NCBI GenBank assembly: GCA_965213705.1
Contig: OZ243913.1
Location: 2,112,001-2,176,000, forward strand
Direction of reading: 5' to 3'
DNA length: 64,000 bases
Source of the DNA: Trueperaceae bacterium
Lineage (GTDB): Bacteria > Deinococcota > Deinococci > Deinococcales > Trueperaceae
Both the position numbers and the translations under genes were made by a program. Positions 57,147 through 64,000 of this stretch are shown here, in pieces. Each line of letters begins with the position of its first letter. Position 1 is the stretch's first letter. Below the pieces are notes generated by a model. That model was given only the letters and a program-made list of their open reading frames with translations, was not told the origin of the DNA and did not search any database.

Positions 57147-58694
57147 ATGACGACCAGAACAGGACGCGTGTGGCTCGGTGTGGTGGTGGCAATGTTTTTT
57201 GCCGGGGCACAAGCTCAGGACCCGGCGCAAGCCCCGGACTCGCAACCGGCGGACGTGTATCCGACCGTGGCGATAGACAGCCCGGCTGCACCGTTTATCC
57301 TGACGAACCAGTACGCCCAAGCGCAGGGCGCGACCGCCGAGTGGCGCAAGATGGAAGGCGTCGCGCTCGACGCCGCCAACGGCCGCCTCTACATCGCCAT
57401 GAGCGAAATCGGCAAGGGCATGAGCGACGGCGAGGGTGACATTCAACTCGAGGAAAACCCCTGCGGCATCGTCTATACGGCCGAGCTGAGCGACACCTTC
57501 GAAATGGGCGCGCTGCAACCCCTCGTGGTGGGCGGCCCCTTCGACGAGACCGCCGCGGAAAACGAATGCAGTTTGGAGGGCATTTCCAACCCCGACAACG
57601 TGGCTGTCGACGCGCGCGGACGCGTCTGGATAGGCGAGGATTCGGGCTACCACCTCAACAACGCGCTGTGGGTTTACGACCCGGCGACGCAGGAGCTGAC
57701 CCGTTTCGCCACCGTCCCGCTCGGGGCCGAGGTGACGGGTTTACACGTCAGCGCCGCGGGTACGCTGTTCATGAACATCCAGCACCCCGACGCGACGAAC
57801 CTCTACCCCTTCAACCGCGGTACGGTCGGCGTGGTGACGGGTTTCAACGCCAACACCGACGACTTTACCGAGTTGGCCGTCCCGCAAGGCGACGCCCAAA
57901 AACAGGCGCAGGTCGCCGCGGGCGAGTACAGCGTCATCGGCCGCGTCGGCGACGCGATTCCAAGTGCACCGGGCGGCTCGAGCTTCGGCGAAATCAACGC
58001 CTTACAAACCGGTGAGCACCTGTTTTTCTGCAACGACCCCGACGGCAACATGTTTTTGCCGACGAGCGAGTCCGGCAATGAAGGGTACTTGTACACCAAC
58101 TTCGAATGCCGCCCCGGCGGCGTGAGCAAGCTCTACATCCGTCAGGCCGACGACGGCACCTGGAACGTGATTGAGGGCGAGCAGGTGGACTTTGCAGGTG
58201 TCAACGGCACCATGACGAACTGCTTTGCCAGCGTGACCCCGTGGAATACCGGCTTAAGCGGCGAAGAGTACCCGGCCGAACGCAGCGAGGACTGGACCGA
58301 CAACGCCGTCACCATGCGTGAGTACTTAGGAAAAGCGGCCAACCCCTTCGACTACGGTTACGTTATCGAACTCATCCCCGGCGAAGGCGTCGGCAGCGAG
58401 GTTGTCAAGCACTACGCGATGGGTCGCATCAGCGTCGAGAACGCGCTCGTCATGCCGGACGGCAAAACGGTCTACTACGGCAACGACGGCACCGACCGCG
58501 TTTTGCACAAGTTCATCGCCGACGAGCCCGGCAACTTAGACGCAGGCACCCTCTACGCCGCCAAGGCGGCGCAACAGGGCGACGGCAGCTTCGCGCTGAC
58601 CTGGTTGGAGCTGGGCCACAGCACCAGTGAAGAGGTTTACGCGGCTATCCGCGAGCTGGACGGCCAAATTACCCTGGCGGGGCAGGACCGGTAA
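57147..58694 (+). CDS. phoX: PhoX-family (DUF839) alkaline phosphatase, apparently circularly permuted
   Basis: Signal peptide; GAT..RKMEG, NPDN, IGED, GAEVTG, MNIQHP come before PDG, TNFE, GTMTNC..TPW..EEY, MGRISVEN, GTLYAAK. Confidence 0.85.
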   Translation: MTTRTGRVWLGVVVAMFFAGAQAQDPAQAPDSQPADVYPTVAIDSPAAPFILTNQYAQAQGATAEWRKMEGVALDAANGRLYIAMSEIGKGMSDGEGDIQLEENPCGIVYTAELSDTFEMGALQPLVVGGPFDETAAENECSLEGISNPDNVAVDARGRVWIGEDSGYHLNNALWVYDPATQELTRFATVPLGAEVTGLHVSAAGTLFMNIQHPDATNLYPFNRGTVGVVTGFNANTDDFTELAVPQGDAQKQAQVAAGEYSVIGRVGDAIPSAPGGSSFGEINALQTGEHLFFCNDPDGNMFLPTSESGNEGYLYTNFECRPGGVSKLYIRQADDGTWNVIEGEQVDFAGVNGTMTNCFASVTPWNTGLSGEEYPAERSEDWTDNAVTMREYLGKAANPFDYGYVIELIPGEGVGSEVVKHYAMGRISVENALVMPDGKTVYYGNDGTDRVLHKFIADEPGNLDAGTLYAAKAAQQGDGSFALTWLELGHSTSEEVYAAIRELDGQITLAGQDR

Positions 58695-58702
58695 GATTCT
58701 GA

Positions 58703-58729
58703 CGGGCCGGGGTACTGTACCCCGGCCCG
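58703..58729 (+). terminator. Stem-loop after phoX
   Basis: cgggccggggtac t gtaccccggcccg. Confidence 0.65.
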
Positions 58730-58732
58730 CCT

Positions 58733-58777
58733 CTTCACAAACGCTTCACCTTGTCCCGTCCTGACAAAGTCATGACA
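58733..58777 (+). promoter_or_regulatory. Putative PHO box
   Basis: CTTCAC at 58733/58744 and TGACA at 58762/58773, each pair with 11-bp period, upstream of pstS. Confidence 0.5.
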
Positions 58778-58808
58778 CCTTTTGAGTACATTTCTTTTCG
58801 GAGGCACC

Positions 58809-59702
58809 ATGAAAAAAATCACCTTGTTGCTAAGCACCCTCACCCTCTTGACGCTCGGTTCGGCCCTGGCCCAAGACATCAACGTCGCGGGCTCCTCGAC
58901 CGTTTACCCGATTACTTTGGGCATGGCCGAAGAGTACAACATCGAAACCGGCACCGACATCTCGGTACAGTCGACCGGCACCGGCGGCGGCTTCGAGCTG
59001 TTTTGCAACGGCGAAACCGACATCAATGACGCCAGCCGCCCCATCAAGCAAGAAGAAATCGACGCCTGCGCCGCCAACGGCATCACGCCTATCGAACTGT
59101 CGGTCGCCTACGACGCCCTGACCATCGCGGTGAACCCCGAAAACGACTGGGTCGACTGCATGACCACCGAAGAGCTGAACCTGCTCTGGCAACCCGACTC
59201 GGCCGTGCAGCAGTGGAGCGACGTCCGTAGCGACTGGCCCAGCGAACCCGTCAACCTGTTCGGTCCCGCCACCACGAGCGGAACGTTTGACTACTTTACC
59301 GAAACCATCATCGGCGAGTCGGGTGCCAGCCGCACTGATTACTTTCCGAGCGAAGAGGACGAGGTCCTGGCCGAGAACGTGACCAACGACCTTTACGCGC
59401 TTGTGTACCTGGGCTACGCCTACTACGCTGAAGACACCGAGCGCCTGAAAGCCGTCGCCATCGACAGCGGTGAAGGCTGCGTCGAGCCGTCGGTCGAAAA
59501 CATCGAGAACGGTACCTACACGCCGCTGTCGCGCCCGCTCTTTATCTACGTGTCGGACCAAGCGATGGCCGAAAACCAAAACGTCCGCGACTTCGTCGAG
59601 TTCTACCTGAACGCCGACAACCGCGAAATCATCGCCGATACCGGTTACGCCGTTTTAAACGACAGCGTTTACGAAGAAGGCATAAGCAAGCTTGGCGAGT
59701 AA
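58809..59702 (+). CDS. pstS: Phosphate ABC transporter substrate-binding protein
   Basis: AGSSTVYP, STGTGGGF, DASRPIK, SGTFDYF, YTPLSRPLFIY. Confidence 0.95.
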   Translation: MKKITLLLSTLTLLTLGSALAQDINVAGSSTVYPITLGMAEEYNIETGTDISVQSTGTGGGFELFCNGETDINDASRPIKQEEIDACAANGITPIELSVAYDALTIAVNPENDWVDCMTTEELNLLWQPDSAVQQWSDVRSDWPSEPVNLFGPATTSGTFDYFTETIIGESGASRTDYFPSEEDEVLAENVTNDLYALVYLGYAYYAEDTERLKAVAIDSGEGCVEPSVENIENGTYTPLSRPLFIYVSDQAMAENQNVRDFVEFYLNADNREIIADTGYAVLNDSVYEEGISKLGE

Positions 59703-59721
59703 AACCTCGCTGTAAGCTTTA

Positions 59722-59756
59722 GAGCGACCTCCGAGCTTGGAGCCCGGAGGTCGCTC
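59722..59756 (+). terminator. Stem-loop between pstS and pstC (terminator or mRNA stabiliser)
   Basis: gagcgacctccg ... cggaggtcgctc. Confidence 0.6.
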
Positions 59757-59957
59757 GGCTGAGCCGCAGGACCGGCAAACCCGAAGCGAGCGGCGTCATA
59801 CCGACGTGTACCTGTTACTATTTTGAGGATGCTCCTGGTCGCTTCTTCGCGGCCGCCGCAAGGAGAAGACAAAGCTGGCGCGGTTGCTGACTACCTCGAC
59901 CGAGTTTGTAGGGCTTGGGGTCTAAAACCTGCACCGAACTATCTTTCGAGGAGGATC

Positions 59958-60890
59958 ATGGCGAGCCGACTACAACGTGCCGACCTGAGCAAGCGCGCCA
60001 ACCGCAACTTAGGCGAAAACGCTATTCAACTGGCGCTCCTGGCCTGCGCAAGTATTTCTGTCCTGACAACGCTGGGCGTCGTCGTCGCGCTGTCGAGCGA
60101 AACGGTGAGTTTTTTTGCCGAGCCGTCGGTCACGTTCCGGGAGTTTTTCACCGGCACGCAGTGGACGCCGCTGTTCAACGAAGCGCAGCGGCACTTCGGT
60201 ATTTTGCCGCTGCTGCTCGGCACCCTGCTGGTCACCTCGATTGCGCTCGTGGTGGGGATGCCCTTGGGCCTCGGCGCGGCCGTCTTTTTGTCGGAGTTCG
60301 CCTCGCGGCGCCTTCGGCGCGGCGTCGTGCCGGTTCTGGAAGTCTTAGCGGGCATTCCGACGGTGGTCTTGGGGTACTTCGCGCTCCTTACCGTAACACC
60401 GTTTTTGAAAGGATTTATTCCCGGCCTGTCGACCTCGAACGCGCTCTCGGCGGGCGTCGTGGTGGGTTTTATGATTATGCCGACCATCAGCAGCATTTCC
60501 ATCGACGCGATGCAAGCCGTGCCGCGCGGCCTGCGCGAGGCCGCCTACGGGCTCGGCTCGACCAAAGCCGAAGTCATTTCCAAAGTCATCATCCCGGCGG
60601 CGCTCTCGGGCATCGTCGCTTCGTTTATTTTGGCGATGTCTCGAGCCATCGGCGAAACGATGATAGTGACGCTCGCCGCGGGCCAGCTTCCCAACGTGAC
60701 CTTCGACCCGCGCGACACCGTCGAGACGATGACGGCCTTTATCGCCAACACCGCCCAGGGCGACCAGGAAGCGGGCTCGATAGGCTCGAGGTCGCTCTAT
60801 GCGGTCGGCATGTCGCTGTTTTTGATAACCCTGCTCCTCAACATCGTGTCGCAACAGGTCGTGCGGCGTTTCAGCGAGAAGTACGAGTAA
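59958..60890 (+). CDS. pstC: Phosphate ABC transporter permease PstC
   Basis: GILPLLLGT, EVLAGIPTVVLG, LREAAYGLG, SRAIGETM. Confidence 0.95.
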   Translation: MASRLQRADLSKRANRNLGENAIQLALLACASISVLTTLGVVVALSSETVSFFAEPSVTFREFFTGTQWTPLFNEAQRHFGILPLLLGTLLVTSIALVVGMPLGLGAAVFLSEFASRRLRRGVVPVLEVLAGIPTVVLGYFALLTVTPFLKGFIPGLSTSNALSAGVVVGFMIMPTISSISIDAMQAVPRGLREAAYGLGSTKAEVISKVIIPAALSGIVASFILAMSRAIGETMIVTLAAGQLPNVTFDPRDTVETMTAFIANTAQGDQEAGSIGSRSLYAVGMSLFLITLLLNIVSQQVVRRFSEKYE

Positions 60891-62164
60891 TGGACGCGAG
60901 CCAAGCCCAAGGTCGCGTCCCGGTCTCGAGCCCCAAAAAAGGGTTGCTGTCCGGCGCGGAGCGCGCGCAGCTCAAGCGCCGCCAACAGCGCGGCAAGGTG
61001 TTGCAGGTCGTCACGTTCGTGCCGGTGGTGGCCGGGCTACTCCTAATCGTGTTCGTGTTCGCCGCCAACATCAACCGGATTTTTTCCTGGCAGGTAGTGG
61101 CTCCGTCCAGCAGCTCGAGCGGGCAAACTTTCCCGGCCGACGAGGTCGAAAACGTGCGTGAAGGTCTGCGGCTCGAGCTGCTGGCCCAGGGTGAAACCGC
61201 CGAGGCCAATGACGCGCTGTTCGGCGACGCCGAAGAACTGCGCAAGTTCAACCGGCGCAACCGGGTCGACTACCTGCCCTACGCCGACGGTCTGAGCGAC
61301 CGCGTGTACGTGTGGTCGTTGCGCGACGACATCGAAGACCAGTACGGCTACTTGGAGGGCCGCGCTCGCCGCGACGAACTCTTGGCCGAAGCCCAGACCG
61401 AGAACTACAACTTTTTCCTCAACCCGATGCTCGACCGCGAGTTTGTAACGCGCGGCAACTCGCGCGCGCCGCAGATGGCCGGGTTTTACAACGCGATTGT
61501 CGGCACGCTCTGGGTCATCGGCTTGGTCATTTTGTTCTCAGCCGTCATCGGCGTGGGCAGCGCGGTGTACTTGGAGGAGTACGCGCCGAAGAACGCCTTC
61601 AGCGCTTTTTTAGAGGTGAACTTGCGCAACTTGGCCGGGGTGCCGTCCATCGTTTACGGCATTTTGGGGTTGTACGTGTTCGTGCGCGCCTTGTCGTTCG
61701 AGCGCAGTGTGATTTCGGCGGCACTCACCCTAACGCTCTTGATTTTGCCGGTTGTCATCATCGCCGCGCGCGAGGCGATTCGCAGCGTGCCCGACAGTTT
61801 ACGGCAGGCGAGCTACGGCTTAGGCGCGACGAAGTGGCAGACGGTGAGCAAAGTGGTCTTGCCCAACGCCGTCGGCGGCATCGTGACGGGCGTGATTTTA
61901 GCCGTCGCCAGGGCCATCGGCGAGACCGCGCCGCTGCTCTTAGTCGGCGGCGCCGGCCTGGTGACGAGCGTGCCTGGGGGCTGGGACGTGCTCAAAGACA
62001 CCTTCACGGTGATGCCGCTGCAGATTTACACCTACTTCGGGCTACCCAACCAGGACGCCTTTTTGCCGGTCGCCTCGGCGGGCATCGTCGTCTTGCTCAT
62101 CATTTTGATTTTTATCTACCTCGTCGCGTTCGTCATTCGGGCGCGCTTCGAGCGGAACTGGTAA
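60890..62164 (+). CDS. pstA: Phosphate ABC transporter permease PstA with an enlarged extracytoplasmic insert
   Basis: AVYLEEY, NLAGVPSIVYG, LRQASYGLGATKWQT, ARAIGETAPL; TAATG coupling. Confidence 0.94.
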   Translation: MDASQAQGRVPVSSPKKGLLSGAERAQLKRRQQRGKVLQVVTFVPVVAGLLLIVFVFAANINRIFSWQVVAPSSSSSGQTFPADEVENVREGLRLELLAQGETAEANDALFGDAEELRKFNRRNRVDYLPYADGLSDRVYVWSLRDDIEDQYGYLEGRARRDELLAEAQTENYNFFLNPMLDREFVTRGNSRAPQMAGFYNAIVGTLWVIGLVILFSAVIGVGSAVYLEEYAPKNAFSAFLEVNLRNLAGVPSIVYGILGLYVFVRALSFERSVISAALTLTLLILPVVIIAAREAIRSVPDSLRQASYGLGATKWQTVSKVVLPNAVGGIVTGVILAVARAIGETAPLLLVGGAGLVTSVPGGWDVLKDTFTVMPLQIYTYFGLPNQDAFLPVASAGIVVLLIILIFIYLVAFVIRARFERNW

Positions 62165-62174
62165 GGAGGGAATG

Positions 62175-62245
62175 AAAGTTATTCGTTTTTAGTTACTCGT
62201 TTTTGGTTTTACGAACGACGAGTAACGAACGGCGAACGACGCTCA
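62175..62245. repeat. Heptamer-periodic hairpin element (second subtype)
   Basis: gttattc gttttta gttactc gtttttg / acgaacg acgagta acgaacg gcgaacg. Confidence 0.7.
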
Positions 62246-62249
62246 ACTT

Positions 62250-63065
62250 ATGGCACTCCCCGGCTTAAAGCAACTAGAAGGCCACAAAACCATTCGCACC
62301 GCACCCGTCGGCGACGAAGACGCGGTCGTGAGCATCAAAGACTTGGCGCTGTGGTACGGAGACTTTCAGGCGCTCCACGGCAACACGGTCAACTTTCCGC
62401 GCAACCAGGTGACCGCCCTCATCGGCGCCTCGGGCTGCGGTAAGTCTACGCTTTTGCGGTGCATCAACCGCATGAACGACCTCATTCTGGGCGTAAAAAT
62501 CAAAGGGCACGCCGTTTACGAAGGCGTCGAACTCTACGACCCGAGCATCGACGCGGTCGAGGTGCGCCGCCGCATCGGGATGGTCTTTCAAAAACCCAAC
62601 CCGTTTCCGAAAAGCATCTTCGACAACGTGGCTTTCTCCCCGCGCTTGAACGGTTACAAGGGCGACCTGAGCGCCCTCGTCGAAAAGTCTTTGAAGGGCG
62701 CGGCGCTTTGGGACGAGGTCAAGGACAAGCTCAAAGCGTCGGGCCTAAGTCTGTCGGGCGGGCAGCAACAGCGGCTGTGTATCGCTCGCGCGATGGCCCA
62801 GGAGCCCGAAGTGATTTTGATGGACGAGCCTACCAGCGCGCTCGACCCAATTGCTACCGACAAAATCGAAGAACTCATCAACGAGATAAAAAAAGACTAC
62901 ACCGTCATCATCGTCACGCACAACATGCAGCAGGCGGGCCGCGTCGCCGACCGGACCGTTTACATGCACTTGGGCTACATCGTCGAAGAAGGCCCCACCG
63001 ACCAGATGTTTACCAACCCCAAACACGAGGTGACCGAGCAGTATATTTCGGGGCACTTCGGCTAG
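62250..63065 (+). CDS. pstB: Phosphate ABC transporter ATP-binding protein
   Basis: [44 protein letters not shown]. Confidence 0.97.
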   Translation: MALPGLKQLEGHKTIRTAPVGDEDAVVSIKDLALWYGDFQALHGNTVNFPRNQVTALIGASGCGKSTLLRCINRMNDLILGVKIKGHAVYEGVELYDPSIDAVEVRRRIGMVFQKPNPFPKSIFDNVAFSPRLNGYKGDLSALVEKSLKGAALWDEVKDKLKASGLSLSGGQQQRLCIARAMAQEPEVILMDEPTSALDPIATDKIEELINEIKKDYTVIIVTHNMQQAGRVADRTVYMHLGYIVEEGPTDQMFTNPKHEVTEQYISGHFG

Positions 63066-63163
63066 GAGTGCGCTTGCAGCCCTGCGGCGGCTCTCTACTT
63101 CTGCTCGGTAGAACTTGTCGCAGTGGTCTCGTCGCAGTAAACTTTCTGGTGCTACCATAAAGT

Positions 63164-63418
63164 ATGACCACACGTAGCACCACAGCTAAGTTCTCTATCA
63201 GTATTCATGCGGAGTTGATAAGTTTTCTCGAACGTTATCAAAGAGAGCACGGCCTCAGTAGCCGTAGCGAAGTCATCACGAAAGCTCTCAAGACGCTCCG
63301 CGAAGCCGAACTAGCGCGCGCTTACCAGGACCACGCTGAAGATTGGCAAAACGATTCCGACCGAGACTTTTGGGACCGAGCAGCCGTAGCTGACGGTTTG
63401 GATAACGACTCTCGCTGA
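63164..63418 (+). CDS. Ribbon-helix-helix antitoxin (MazE-like)
   Basis: KFSISI...SSRSEVITKALK...AVADGL; TGATG coupling to the toxin. Confidence 0.85.
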   Translation: MTTRSTTAKFSISIHAELISFLERYQREHGLSSRSEVITKALKTLREAELARAYQDHAEDWQNDSDRDFWDRAAVADGLDNDSR

Positions 63419-63756
63419 TGCGCCTTGAACGTGGCGACATCGTGTTGGTGGACTTCGAACCCGCTAGGCAAACCGAAGCCGACAAAATTCGCCCGAGCAT
63501 CGTCGTTACCAATGACCAAGCCAACGCTTACGGTACGAGCGTCGTGGTCGTTCCCGTCACGAGCAATACCAAACGGGTTTACCCCTTTCAACTGTTTTTG
63601 CCTGCCGAACAAACCGGGCTGGATGAAAATAGCAAAGCGCAAGTCGAACTGTTGCGAAGCGTCAGCAGAAGCCGGTTGGGCAAACGCGTCGGCAGCTTAC
63701 CGAAACCTTTGCTGCTCGAGCTTGGTGAACGCCTCAAGCTTCATCTCGAGCTTTAG
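63418..63756 (+). CDS. mazF: PemK/MazF-family endoribonuclease toxin
   Basis: RGDIVLVDFEP, EADKIRPSIVV, VVPVTS, SKAQVELLRSVS. Confidence 0.93.
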   Translation: MRLERGDIVLVDFEPARQTEADKIRPSIVVTNDQANAYGTSVVVVPVTSNTKRVYPFQLFLPAEQTGLDENSKAQVELLRSVSRSRLGKRVGSLPKPLLLELGERLKLHLEL

Positions 63757-63819
63757 CTCTACCGAGCAAAAAAGCTTTCCAGCGTCTTCCCCCTGGTCGC
63801 TTTTATAGCGGTCGGCGGC

Positions 63820-63999
63820 GTGGGGGTCTACCTCCCCTCCACCCACCTCACCCTTCACGAAAGCCACCAAGCGCTCCGGGGACTTGTCAAACAGGGCGTG
63901 GCCGAGGTTTGGGTCACCGACGAGGGGGGTATCGTCTACGTTTTTCCGGAGCTGTTCGCGGGCTACAAGGACGGAGCCAGCGGCCCCTTTGCGCGGTGA
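63820..63999 (+). pseudogene. Probable 3' gene fragment (59 codons)
   Basis: ...LRGLVKQGVAEVWVTDEGGIVYVFPEL...; looks like a protein C-terminus with no convincing 5' part. Confidence 0.35.
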
Positions 64000-64000
64000 T

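Noticed and set aside
59915..60889. 749-aa ORF suggesting a large PstA fusion
   Set aside because: The N-terminal extension is an alternate frame over pstC; the real start is the TAATG at 60890.

Overview
GC-rich bacterial chromosomal segment, most consistent with Deinococcota (Trueperaceae-like). Support: a Thermus-type PilF with three MshEN repeats, many leaderless genes, and very abundant CTCGAG. Most of it is housekeeping and transport: pilT/pilF, tatD, rlpA, trpBA with an unannotated leader peptide, gluQ, xpt, prolyl oligopeptidase, potA/potD, serS, a two-component system, MscS, a TRAP + IclR + pxpABC 5-oxoproline cluster, hisIE, glpX and phoX-pstSCAB. Many toxin-antitoxin modules are present, and several have damaged toxins. 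The most notable region is a lower-GC defence island (~41.8-51.0 kb). It is a type I restriction-modification operon (hsdM-hsdS-X-hsdR). X is a translationally coupled 334-aa protein with a proteasome-beta/Ntn-hydrolase signature (Thr1, Asp, Lys, Gly), sitting in the slot PrrC occupies in type IC systems. A duplicated AbrB-type antitoxin with its promoter/operator and a 19-codon vapC relic lies between hsdM and hsdS. Other notable items are an apparently circularly permuted PhoX, a single-lobe AapJ-like binding protein, a family of heptamer-periodic intergenic hairpins, and small ORFs missed by the ORF track. Family assignments come from motif recognition by eye; no searches were run.
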